Shown here piece by piece: positions 10,684-20,017 of a DNA stretch of 64,000 bases (position 1 is its first letter; each line of letters opens with the position of its first letter). Below the pieces are notes generated by a model, which saw only the letters and a program-made list of their open reading frames with translations, was not told the origin of the DNA and made no database searches. The DNA is taken from the IMG/VR virus record IMGVR_UViG_3300037067_011041, positions 32,001 to 96,000 of that record; one strand, written 5' to 3'. The position numbers and the translations under genes are program-made. Source of the stretch: a virus. Lineage: Duplodnaviria > Caudoviricetes.

Positions 10684-10693
10684 GTGTAGAGCG

Positions 10694-11698
10694 ATGAATA
10701 ACAACCTGCAAACCATCCCGATTCAACACATCAAACGGCCGAAGATTTCCCTCCGGCCGGTTCGGCGCAACTCGCCCGAGTATGCCGAATTAGTAGAGTC
10801 CATTCGGAAAGACGGTGTTCTTCAGCCAGTCCTTGTTCGTCCTTATTACTGTGTGGGTTGCCCACACAAGGAATGTATCAAGGAAGCCTGTGAATGCCGT
10901 AAGGAGAATGAAGACTATGATATGGTTGAGGGCTGGCACCGGTTAGAGGCGTCGAAAGAAGCAGGCAGACCTGACATTCCCGTAATGATTCGCGAGATGT
11001 CAGACGATGAAGTCTTGATCTTCCAGATCAAGTGCAACGCAATAAGACCGAAGACAGCAACGTTCGAGTACGCTCGCCGCCTCAAGAAATTGATGGAGAA
11101 CGGGTACACACTGGATCAGCTTAGCGCGTTGATCGATAAGAATCAGAAGTGGATCAGGGATCAACTTCAACTGAATCGATTATGCGAGGACGCAAGGGCG
11201 CCAGTAGAGCGAGGTGAGATCAGGATGAGTTCGGCTTTGGCATTGGCCAATCTTCCTGAAGACTTGCAGACAAAATTCATCGACGACGCGATCGCGATGA
11301 AGCCCGGCGAATTCAACGAAAGAGCCAAGGCCGCCTTACGAGATTTCAAGACCTTCTTACTCAATGAGCAACAGAAGAATAGAGAGATCGGCGCAACGGC
11401 GGTGCCCACACTGAGGGCAATCAACGTACTGAAACGTGAAGCGGTCAAACCAAAAGAAGCCCGCGCGATACTGAAAGCAATGAAAGCCAAGACGGCTCTT
11501 GATGGTTGGAACGCCGCCCTGGCCTGGGTATTCAAACTTGACCCCGTATCGGTCGAAAAGAGAAAAGCTGGATATCAGGAGAAAGAAAACAATGAAGCAG
11601 TAGCAACACAAGAAGAGTTTCGCGCTCTGAACAGAGAGATGATCCGTAAGTTTGTAATTCCTCAATCCGAATCTGGAGACTATCGAAATGGCAAATGA
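10694..11698 (+). CDS. ParB/Spo0J-like protein with Cys-rich insertion
   Basis: ELVESIRKDGVLQPVLVRP...MVEGWHRLEA; HTH region TLDQLSALIDKNQKWI. Confidence 0.85.
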   Translation: MNNNLQTIPIQHIKRPKISLRPVRRNSPEYAELVESIRKDGVLQPVLVRPYYCVGCPHKECIKEACECRKENEDYDMVEGWHRLEASKEAGRPDIPVMIREMSDDEVLIFQIKCNAIRPKTATFEYARRLKKLMENGYTLDQLSALIDKNQKWIRDQLQLNRLCEDARAPVERGEIRMSSALALANLPEDLQTKFIDDAIAMKPGEFNERAKAALRDFKTFLLNEQQKNREIGATAVPTLRAINVLKREAVKPKEARAILKAMKAKTALDGWNAALAWVFKLDPVSVEKRKAGYQEKENNEAVATQEEFRALNREMIRKFVIPQSESGDYRNGK

Positions 11699-12389
11699 AC
11701 TTGCTCCCTTCAAAGTCAGCCTTCCCACCGTCAGTGCCGCCGAGATGCAGACCCTCGATGAGGTCGCAAAGGGCTCTGAGTTCCTCCCTCGTATCCAACT
11801 CGTGACGAAGGGAAAGTACGTCGACCAAGGAAAGATCAAGCCCGGTCACTGGGGCGTTCCGCTCCCCGGCGGCGAGGAGATCGAAGATCTTGGAGAAAAG
11901 ATCGACGTCGTTCCGTTCTGCTATCGTCCGAAGGCGTTGGACATGTCCGACAAGGAAGCCATCGTCGCAGTGTACGATGTGGCCGACCCTGAGTTCCAGC
12001 GCATCAAGAACGCGCCCAAGAACACCGGCTGCATGTGGGGCCCGTCCTTCCTTGTCCTTCTGCGGCAGACCGGGAAGTTGTACGAGTTGTTCTTCGGGAA
12101 CAAGTCCGGCCGAAACGAGGCAGGCAAGCTGAAGCCGTTCCTTCCCACCGAAGAGAATGGCGGCCAGCCGTCGCCCGCGACGCTCGCGATCCGGTACAAG
12201 AAGACGCCCGAGTACGGGTGGCACGTGCCGGTTATCTCGAAGTGCTCCGAGCCGATCGACCCGAAGTCCGTGAAGTTCACGGCCGAGCAGTTGCAGGAAG
12301 AAGTCGAGAAGTTCCGCAACCCTGAGAAGGGTGCCGAGAAAGTTGTCGACGACGAGGGCAACGTCAAGACCAACAAGCGAGCCCGCTAA
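11688..12389 (+). CDS. Putative single-stranded DNA-binding protein
   Basis: FLPRIQL motif, GGAG RBS, strongly biased codon usage, replication context, followed by hairpin. Confidence 0.45.
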   Translation: MANELAPFKVSLPTVSAAEMQTLDEVAKGSEFLPRIQLVTKGKYVDQGKIKPGHWGVPLPGGEEIEDLGEKIDVVPFCYRPKALDMSDKEAIVAVYDVADPEFQRIKNAPKNTGCMWGPSFLVLLRQTGKLYELFFGNKSGRNEAGKLKPFLPTEENGGQPSPATLAIRYKKTPEYGWHVPVISKCSEPIDPKSVKFTAEQLQEEVEKFRNPEKGAEKVVDDEGNVKTNKRAR

Positions 12390-12411
12390 CTCGTTCGCTG
12401 AAGTTTCATAA

Positions 12412-12455
12412 CCTCCGGATCGGGCAATCGTTCCCGGTCCGGAGGCCATCTTTCT
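12412..12455 (+). terminator. Hairpin CCTCCGGATCGGG/CCCGGTCCGGAGG, probable terminator or stabiliser
   Basis: 13-bp stem with one G-U pair; weak U tract. Confidence 0.55.
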
Positions 12456-12464
12456 GAGGATCAC

Positions 12465-12809
12465 ATGGGAGACGAAACACAACTGGATTTCGACCTAGAA
12501 AAGACATTGAGGTGGTGTGCAGAAAATGGTGTCACCTTCAATGTAAAGTCTGAAGTAGGGCTGATGTCTATCGCTGCGAGATGCGAAAACGTATCTTCAG
12601 ACTATGTTGTAGAGCCGCCTTATTCAGCGGCATCTGTCGGCAACGCCATGTGGGCCGCTTTGTTTGCCGTAAAGCACGGCACCGAGTTTCATAGGAGGAT
12701 GGGCTACTTTCCTCCGATACTTACAAAAGCACACAAACCAGCAAGCGGAAAAGATCGCGATTCAAAGTCGCCTCCTCTTCCTTCTTCTTCAGGAATCAAA
12801 GTAGTATGA
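12465..12809 (+). CDS. Hypothetical protein
   Basis: GAGGA RBS; ATGA overlap with next gene. Confidence 0.6.
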   Translation: MGDETQLDFDLEKTLRWCAENGVTFNVKSEVGLMSIAARCENVSSDYVVEPPYSAASVGNAMWAALFAVKHGTEFHRRMGYFPPILTKAHKPASGKDRDSKSPPLPSSSGIKVV

Positions 12810-13318
12810 GTGGAGTTGCTCTTGTTCAGTTCTCGTCAGTAGATCTGAAAACCTTGCTGCCGCTAGGCCGCCAAGCGTTTGATCGCAACCTAGCTGAGAG
12901 AGCAGACTCGGCTGGACATGAGCCTCCGTTGCATCACATGCTGTGTGTTGCTGCGATGAAAACCCCAAACGCAAGGACGTCCGAAGACATTGCACCCTAT
13001 GTGAACATGTTCCATGCGGGTTTCCTTGTGGCGGCAGAAGAAAGAGATTGTGCCGAAATCCTTGAACTGGCGGGCATGCCCAGCATAAGAGTTGAGACGG
13101 TAGAGAGGGACATCTACGCCATGTTCATCAGCGGCAACTTGACACAGTGGCGTGATGCTGTGTTGCGAGGATGCCAAAGCAACGCACGACGCGAGACCCG
13201 TCACGTCTACAACCAGATCTATACAAAATTCAACGACATGGGCCTCGCCGGAATCTTCAGCGTAAAGTCAAAGCCACATCCTCGCGATCATACATTTCTC
13301 CTGGAATACAAGCCGTAG
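12806..13318 (+). CDS. Degenerate ThyX-fold-like protein
   Basis: MFISGNLTQWRDAVLRGC..NARRETR resembles ThyX C-terminus; RHR catalytic motif absent. Confidence 0.45.
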   Translation: MSGVALVQFSSVDLKTLLPLGRQAFDRNLAERADSAGHEPPLHHMLCVAAMKTPNARTSEDIAPYVNMFHAGFLVAAEERDCAEILELAGMPSIRVETVERDIYAMFISGNLTQWRDAVLRGCQSNARRETRHVYNQIYTKFNDMGLAGIFSVKSKPHPRDHTFLLEYKP

Positions 13319-13322
13319 CCAC

Positions 13323-13350
13323 TTGACATTTGGAATCCATAAGGTATACT
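13323..13350 (+). promoter_or_regulatory. Class-I promoter TTGACA-N16-TATACT, leaderless (ATG at 13357)
   Basis: Member of 11-copy motif family. Confidence 0.85.
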
Positions 13351-13356
13351 TGAGCT

Positions 13357-15276
13357 ATGCGTGAGAATATCAAGCTGATTACCGAGACCAGCAAGGGCAC
13401 TCGTTTACTTGTGCCAGCGGTCATCGAAAGGGAAGACGGCCGCATATACTTCGTGCAATCCCCGTACGCATTGAAGAACGAAATCAAGGCGATGAAAGGG
13501 TCACGATGGCACGGCTTTGTCCCTGACGACGAGCGAAAGATCTGGTCGGTAGACGATTGCACACGCAATAACTTCCAGCTTGAATACATGACGGGCGGAA
13601 ACCCCTATGCAAATTGGGATCAGCCCCTCAAGAACTTTGGCTACTCACGCCCACTGTTCGGCCATCAAAAGCTGATGGCCGACCACTGCTTGACGTACCA
13701 CTACGAGATTCTTGCGGCTGAGATGGGTGTGGGTAAGTCGCTTTCGGCCGTAGAGGTAATGGAGAAGTCAGGCTTCTACGATTGGTGGTATGTTGCTCCC
13801 AAGTCTGGCCTAGCGGCGGTGGACCGAGAGTTCACCAAATGGGGGTTGAAATTCCAGCCAAAGGTAATGACGTACGAGCGGCTTCGCATTGACATCGAGC
13901 GGTGGGAGAAAGGTGCCCCGGCCCCGAGAGGTGTGATCTTCGACGAGTCATCTCGATTGAAGTCGCCCAACTCAAAGCGTACCAAAGCCGCCCAACATTT
14001 GGCCGACGCTATTCGGGCCGAGTATGGTTGGGATGGTTTTGTCATTTTGATGTCTGGAACACCTGCCCCCAAGTCCCCAGCGGACTGGTGGTCGCAGTGC
14101 GAGATCTGCTACCCTGGCTTCATAAAGGAAGGATCGTATCAGGCGTTTGAATGGCGACTAGGCATCTTTGAACAACAGGAAACGGACCAGGGCAAGTTCT
14201 GGAAGCGGCTGACGTGGCGGGACGACGAAAAGAAATGTGACGTGTGCGGGCAGTACGCCGACCATGAGAACCACAGCACAGACGATCTATTTGGAGCAGG
14301 TGACAACGCGCACGTCTTCGTGCCAAGCAAAAACGAAGTCTCATATCTCTACGACCGTCTCAAAGGACTTGTGCTGCCCCTGGCAAAGAAAGACTGCCTT
14401 GATATTCCCGACAAGGTTTATCGGGAGATCATTCTTGAGCCGTCCTCTACAATTAAGCGGGTGGCTCAAGCGCTGGCAAAGTCTGCTCTTACAGCGATCC
14501 AAGGGTTGACTTGGCTACGCGAACTGTCAGACGGCTTCCAGTACCGAGAGGTACAAAGCGAAGAAGAGCCGTTCATCCCTTGCCCGGTGTGCAAGGGCAC
14601 CGGTGAGACCGGTCAGTGGTTCAATGTCCATACGGACGAGGCCGTTCATATTGATGCTGAACTGGCCATCGACGACGACGATTACCATTTCAGATCGGCC
14701 GAATGCCCTAAGTGCCATGGCAAGTGCAACATCCCGAACATGATTCGGGAGACGAAGGAAATCAAGAGCCCGAAAGATCAGGCTCTTCGTGACTTGCTTG
14801 AAGAGAATGAAGACCAAGGCCGCATCGTTGTGTTTGGCGGCTTCCAGGGTACCATCGATCGGGTAGTCAATATCTGCCACAAGCAGCAATGGGACGTGGT
14901 GAAAGTCGATGGTCGCGGCTGGAAGATACTGAAACACGACGGCGAGAAGACGCCAAGAGACGTAAAGCCCCTCGACTACTGGGCCAACATGGACAACGAG
15001 CGAGTTGCATTTGTTGCCCACCCAGAGTCTGGCGGCATGGGCTTGACTCTTACTGAGGCCCGAATGTCTGTGTTCTTCTCGAACGACTTCAAGCCTGAAT
15101 CACGCTCACAAGCTGAAGACCGTATCCATCGCCCCGGCATCGACATGAATAAAGGGGCAACGATAGTCGACTTATTCCACCTTGGAACAGATAGGAAAGT
15201 GCTAAACGTGCTCCGCGACAATCGTCGCCTAGAGCAACTCACCCTTGGAGACATGAGAGAAATGCTATGCGACTAG
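13357..15276 (+). CDS. SNF2-family (SF2) helicase with zinc-finger insertions
   Basis: EMGVGKS, DESS, MSGTP, GGMGLTL, SQAEDRIHR. Confidence 0.9.
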   Translation: MRENIKLITETSKGTRLLVPAVIEREDGRIYFVQSPYALKNEIKAMKGSRWHGFVPDDERKIWSVDDCTRNNFQLEYMTGGNPYANWDQPLKNFGYSRPLFGHQKLMADHCLTYHYEILAAEMGVGKSLSAVEVMEKSGFYDWWYVAPKSGLAAVDREFTKWGLKFQPKVMTYERLRIDIERWEKGAPAPRGVIFDESSRLKSPNSKRTKAAQHLADAIRAEYGWDGFVILMSGTPAPKSPADWWSQCEICYPGFIKEGSYQAFEWRLGIFEQQETDQGKFWKRLTWRDDEKKCDVCGQYADHENHSTDDLFGAGDNAHVFVPSKNEVSYLYDRLKGLVLPLAKKDCLDIPDKVYREIILEPSSTIKRVAQALAKSALTAIQGLTWLRELSDGFQYREVQSEEEPFIPCPVCKGTGETGQWFNVHTDEAVHIDAELAIDDDDYHFRSAECPKCHGKCNIPNMIRETKEIKSPKDQALRDLLEENEDQGRIVVFGGFQGTIDRVVNICHKQQWDVVKVDGRGWKILKHDGEKTPRDVKPLDYWANMDNERVAFVAHPESGGMGLTLTEARMSVFFSNDFKPESRSQAEDRIHRPGIDMNKGATIVDLFHLGTDRKVLNVLRDNRRLEQLTLGDMREMLCD

Positions 15277-15621
15277 ACGAATTCCTCGACGAATGCGAAC
15301 TGTACGGCGACAATGAATCCGAAGTGTTCATTGAGTTCAACGGGGTTGTGTACGACATCAGTGACATCCAAGGCACGTCGCAAGGAGTCATTTTGATCGT
15401 CGACACGCAGGACGAAGATCGTGACATGCACGGGCTCGCAGATATCGATGACTGCATTGATGTGGAGTGGGAACCCCATGTCTGAAGACGACCTTCCACG
15501 ACTCGTATCCAGGATGTTCAAGGTGATAACTGCTATCATCGTTGCATCATTTGTCATTTCGATCTGTACTTTGACGGCCGCCGTCGCCGGACTGATCTAT
15601 CTTTTCTTTCAATGGACCTGA
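15267..15621 (+). other. Two small CDSs: acidic 15267-15485, membrane 15478-15621
   Basis: Overlapping starts and stops; second is hydrophobic. Confidence 0.55.
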
Positions 15622-15622
15622 T

Positions 15623-16813
15623 ATGAAAACTTGCCCAGCCTGCCAGTCTACCAGCACAGAGCCCATGTTCAACATGGGCAAGCAACCCTTGTCGCTGGCG
15701 GCCATGACGCCTGATCCTATGGAGTCTTACTGCCTAGAGACGTACTCGATCAACCTGATGATTTGCAGGCATTGCAGCCACGTCTTCAACGCCGATTTCA
15801 ATCCTGACAATGTCACTTATAGCCAAGCGGGTTGTCGAATGTACAACAGCGGGGCGGGCTGGCAAGATCACATCGAAGAAGTTTACGCGATGTTGAAAAA
15901 CATCCCGGTCGACTTGGTCGTCGAGATAGGCGCCGGCGACTGTGAATTCCTGTCAGGTCTTGATGCTGTGGACGCCGGTGGCCAGCCGTCTGTCAAGCTA
16001 GCCGTCGACCCGTGCGAAGCTGTTCTTAGGGCTGAAGAACTCGGCCTGCAATTTGATCGGGACTACTTTGTTCCTGAAGAGCACATGCCTAGCGGCGACG
16101 GGGCCGTCTTAATTGTCATGCGGCATCTTCTTGAGCACATGGAACGGCCGCGAGAAATCATCGAGGACATTTGCCATCGAGCACTCTCAAGAAGCAAAGA
16201 CAAGACTTGGGTGTATATCGAAGTACCCAACTGCGAAGTGGCCCTTCGCAAATGCCGAATCGAAGATTGGACGTATGAGCACGTTCAACATTTCACGTCG
16301 AAGAGTATGGCTTGCTTATTGCGAAACTGCGGAATAAGCCAGTTTGCCATTCTCCCAAAGTACGGTAGCGAAGTCCTAAGCTGCTTTGCTTGTATCAACC
16401 CGGCCGAGGAACGAAAAGACGAAATCGACGTCGAGGCAGTAATCGAAAGCTACCGCAAAACCGAAGGCGGCATTTCGCGCGAGCGACAGTGGATGCACGA
16501 TTCACTGGGGCAGATCGCCTTGTGGGGCGGCGCTGGTAAGTCGGCAATGTTTTTGAGGAAGTTCAACCTGCCGCCTCACGCCACTGTGGTTGACAGCCAT
16601 AGTGAGAAGTGGCTTATGTGTGTTCCAGGAACTAAGATCAAGATCTCTGATCCCAGCGTGCTGTTGCGATATCCAGTGCAATACATTGTTGCCACCACGT
16701 CGTGGCGCGCAGAGGATATCGCGAAGGAGATCGTTGAACGAAACATACCGTGCAAAGGACTACTGAAGTTCGAGGGCGGGCAACTTGTGGAGGTGCCTCT
16801 TGGCCGCGAGTAA
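15623..16813 (+). CDS. NDP-sugar C-methyltransferase-like SAM methyltransferase
   Basis: N-terminal CPAC...CRHC zinc site, VEIGAGD, RHLLEH, YIEVPN, YEHVQHF, ALWGGAGK C-terminal domain. Confidence 0.8.
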   Translation: MKTCPACQSTSTEPMFNMGKQPLSLAAMTPDPMESYCLETYSINLMICRHCSHVFNADFNPDNVTYSQAGCRMYNSGAGWQDHIEEVYAMLKNIPVDLVVEIGAGDCEFLSGLDAVDAGGQPSVKLAVDPCEAVLRAEELGLQFDRDYFVPEEHMPSGDGAVLIVMRHLLEHMERPREIIEDICHRALSRSKDKTWVYIEVPNCEVALRKCRIEDWTYEHVQHFTSKSMACLLRNCGISQFAILPKYGSEVLSCFACINPAEERKDEIDVEAVIESYRKTEGGISRERQWMHDSLGQIALWGGAGKSAMFLRKFNLPPHATVVDSHSEKWLMCVPGTKIKISDPSVLLRYPVQYIVATTSWRAEDIAKEIVERNIPCKGLLKFEGGQLVEVPLGRE

Positions 16814-18677
16814 GAATCGGTTGAAGCAGTTGGAAAAGCAGCGTAGGCAGAAACTTCTCAAGGAGAAGAAGGAAGCCGAAAAGGCGGCTCTTGTTGTCGC
16901 CCCGGCCGACGCATCGAAGCAGGTGCCAACAATGAATGTTGATGCCTTCATGCTTGCCGTCGCCAATCGTGACGGCAAGGCGTGGGATGCTCTCATGCAG
17001 TTCATGGGCTTCTTTGAGCGCCATCACTATCGTCATTTTGGAACGCCCGACATTAAGCGACTGAACGAATTCGCTTTCTGTGTATCGGCAGCCATGCTGC
17101 GAGAGGATTTCCTTCCCACTCCTGCCCAAGCTGGCAAGCTTGTTCAGATGGGTCATTTGATGCAGGCCCTATTCGCCTCGTCTTGCTATCGTAATACCAA
17201 CACGCTACTTGACTGCGTGATTCCGATGTCAGGCAACGTCCCGAAGATTCTCACCCTGATGAATCCCCGGTGCGAGATTCAAATCGACCAAGCAAAGTTG
17301 TTCGACGCCGATCCGATTCTTTCTTCGGTGTGGTACATGTCATATCTTCTCGGCTTGTCGTCTCCGACAGGCTTGATTCAGAAGAACATGTATCGGCATC
17401 TGCACAACATGGATTATCGGTGGATTCCTACGTCGCATGTCATGTCCGGATTGTATTTCTCTTGCACCTACCACAATCCGGATAGTGTCCGGCGGGTCAA
17501 GAGCATCATCAATCGAGGCATCAAGTCGCGTGGCAACGCCCCCGCGATAATCAACACTCCCGATCCGAAGTCGATTGCGATCGTCACCAGCCGGTGGCAT
17601 CGCAACCATGCCGTGTACAAGTCAGCGTCGCCCCTTGTTGAGCAGTTGGTCGGCAAGTATCGTTTGACGCTTGTGTGGACGGCCCCGAAAGCCAACATGC
17701 CGAAGACAGCCGTCACCAGCTATTTCGATAAGGTGGTGAATGCCCACTTCCTGCAAAACGGTGAACTGGTGCTTCCTCCAGAGGTTGTGAACAATGACTT
17801 CCAGATGGTGTACTTCCCGGATATCGGGATGAGCGACGAATCGATCTGGATGTCCAACATGCGAATGGCTCCGATTCAAGCCGTAGGCTACGGGCACCCC
17901 GACACAACCGGCGACGGCAATGAGATCGACTACTTCATTGGCGGCGACGTTGAGAAGGACGCCACCGACGCGTATTCCGAGACCATGGTGTTGCTGCCCG
18001 GCCTAGCTCAAGAGCCCGCGTGGCCGACCGCCGAACGCAAGCACAATTACAAGGACGATGGAATCGTTCGAGTGAACTGTGTCTGGGGCCCTGACAAATA
18101 CAACTTCTCACTACTGAAGGTTCTGGAAGAGATCAACAAGCGTACACGCGAGATCAACCCGGAATCGAAACATGAGATTCATTTGTTCGGCAGCCCCGGA
18201 ATGAATCGGCACGCCGCACTGCCGCCCTTCATTCGGGAAGTCACTCAACTGCTTCCTAACGCAGTAGTACACGCCGAGCAGGAATACTACGACTACATGG
18301 AGAACGCAGAGATGCACGACTTCTCCCTGAACTCGTTTCCATTCGGCTGCTACAACGTGCTGATTGAAAGCCTCTACCTGGGGCTGCCCTTCCTGACAGT
18401 GGTAGGTAGCAGGTTTTACAGCCGTGCTGGCATGTATTTGAACCAGCAGATCGGCATGGAAGAAAACAACTTTGATGATGCCAATGGAATGATCGACAAG
18501 GCCGTCAAGTTGATTACCGATCCGATCGAGTTGCGTCGGCAGCGCGACCGCCTCGCTTCTATCGATCTGAAAGAACGCCTCTTCACACTGAAAGGAAACC
18601 ATTTCCTAGAAGCCGTCGAATACATCATCGCAAATCACCCATTCAAACAAACGAAGATCATCGGAGCAAACCAATGA
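16800..18677 (+). CDS. HMW1C-like protein N-glycosyltransferase (GT41)
   Basis: LYFSCTY, HAVYK, YFPDIGM..SNMRMAPIQAVGYGHPDTTG, LNSFPFG; TTG start after GGAGGTG. Confidence 0.8.
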   Translation: MAASKNRLKQLEKQRRQKLLKEKKEAEKAALVVAPADASKQVPTMNVDAFMLAVANRDGKAWDALMQFMGFFERHHYRHFGTPDIKRLNEFAFCVSAAMLREDFLPTPAQAGKLVQMGHLMQALFASSCYRNTNTLLDCVIPMSGNVPKILTLMNPRCEIQIDQAKLFDADPILSSVWYMSYLLGLSSPTGLIQKNMYRHLHNMDYRWIPTSHVMSGLYFSCTYHNPDSVRRVKSIINRGIKSRGNAPAIINTPDPKSIAIVTSRWHRNHAVYKSASPLVEQLVGKYRLTLVWTAPKANMPKTAVTSYFDKVVNAHFLQNGELVLPPEVVNNDFQMVYFPDIGMSDESIWMSNMRMAPIQAVGYGHPDTTGDGNEIDYFIGGDVEKDATDAYSETMVLLPGLAQEPAWPTAERKHNYKDDGIVRVNCVWGPDKYNFSLLKVLEEINKRTREINPESKHEIHLFGSPGMNRHAALPPFIREVTQLLPNAVVHAEQEYYDYMENAEMHDFSLNSFPFGCYNVLIESLYLGLPFLTVVGSRFYSRAGMYLNQQIGMEENNFDDANGMIDKAVKLITDPIELRRQRDRLASIDLKERLFTLKGNHFLEAVEYIIANHPFKQTKIIGANQ

Positions 18678-19945
18678 CGATACTTAACAACCAAACCGTT
18701 GCCCAGATAAAGGACCATCTGCTGCGAAAGGACATGACGCAGAAGGAGATTGGCAAGAAATACGGCGTCAGCCGTTCGGTCGTCAGCGACATTGCGTGCG
18801 GGCGGGTGCACAAGGACGTTAAGCCCGAGAACGAGGCCACTGTAGAAGAGACGGAGATCTTCCACCTGCAAGCCGAGATCGCGCACCTACGAGAAGAGAG
18901 AAACGATGCGCACAGAAAGTTGAAGCAAGCTGCCAAGACGCAAGGCTTGTTCCAGGCCATCGTTGAAGAGATGGAAGAGCGGGTCCAGCCGATGCCCGAA
19001 CTTCCTTCCGCCCGGCCCGTCTACAGTAAGCCCGAGTCCGGGGTGGTCGAAGAGCATCTTGTGATGCACCTGTCAGATGGCCACCACGATCAAGTTATCA
19101 CTCGGGATGACACCGGCGGACTTGAGCAGCACAGCTTTCCCATCAGCATGTGCCGGGCCGAGTGTCTTGTTGACACGACCCTGAAATGGACTCAGGAAAC
19201 GCTGGCGCCTCAGTTCAGATTTCCGTCTCTCACGGTTCTGGCCTACGGGGACCACACATCCGGTGAAATTCACGGTGCGGTTCAGCGTAGCTACTTCCGA
19301 AATTGCTTCAAGAACTGCCACGCGATCGGACAGCTTCATGGATTGATGTTCCGCGACATGGCCCCGTACTTCGAGCAAGTGAACGTCATTTACGTCCCCG
19401 GAAATCATGGACGAAGAAGCACACAGAAAGACTACCACGGGGCGCACGACAATTGGGACTACCTCATTGGAAAGACGGCCCAGTTGTACTGCCGGGATAT
19501 CAGCAACATCACCTTCATGATTCCGAATTCGTTCTCTGCCAACGTCGATATTGGCGGCATCGGATTCCATGTCTTTCATGGTGACGATGTTCGATCGCAA
19601 CTCGGCATCCCCTGGTACGGGCTGGAAAAGCGACGCCACCGTCTCATGGCTCTTGATGGTGTCCGGCAAGGCGTTCCCATCCGCTACTACTGCTGCGGGC
19701 ATTTCCATCGCCCCGGCACTACGAGCGAAGTGAACGGCGAAATGCTTATCAATGGCTCGTGGGTAGCCAGCGACGCATACTCTTACAACTCATTCGGCGG
19801 CTTCACTGAGCCGACGCAACTGATCCACGGTGTCAACAAGAAGTACGGCATCACATGGCGACTCCCAGTGAAGATTCGCTGCGAGTACGAGCAACAAGGA
19901 CCGAAACGATACAAACTAGTCGACATGGATGACGTCAGCATCTGA
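18674..19945 (+). CDS. HTH + coiled coil + calcineurin-like metallophosphoesterase
   Basis: TQKEIGKKYGVSRSVVS HTH; SDGH, GD, GNHGR, HGD, GHFH. Confidence 0.85.
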   Translation: MTILNNQTVAQIKDHLLRKDMTQKEIGKKYGVSRSVVSDIACGRVHKDVKPENEATVEETEIFHLQAEIAHLREERNDAHRKLKQAAKTQGLFQAIVEEMEERVQPMPELPSARPVYSKPESGVVEEHLVMHLSDGHHDQVITRDDTGGLEQHSFPISMCRAECLVDTTLKWTQETLAPQFRFPSLTVLAYGDHTSGEIHGAVQRSYFRNCFKNCHAIGQLHGLMFRDMAPYFEQVNVIYVPGNHGRRSTQKDYHGAHDNWDYLIGKTAQLYCRDISNITFMIPNSFSANVDIGGIGFHVFHGDDVRSQLGIPWYGLEKRRHRLMALDGVRQGVPIRYYCCGHFHRPGTTSEVNGEMLINGSWVASDAYSYNSFGGFTEPTQLIHGVNKKYGITWRLPVKIRCEYEQQGPKRYKLVDMDDVSI

Positions 19946-19960
19946 CGGACACGGAACGTG

Positions 19961-19981
19961 GTGGCCGGGCATACCGGCCAC
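19961..19981 (+). promoter_or_regulatory. Intergenic hairpin GTGGCCGG-GCATA-CCGGCCAC
   Basis: Perfect 8-bp stem upstream of the 20018 gene. Confidence 0.5.
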
Positions 19982-20017
19982 CGTACAAATTACCACCTTT
20001 TACTTGGAGTTTTGATT

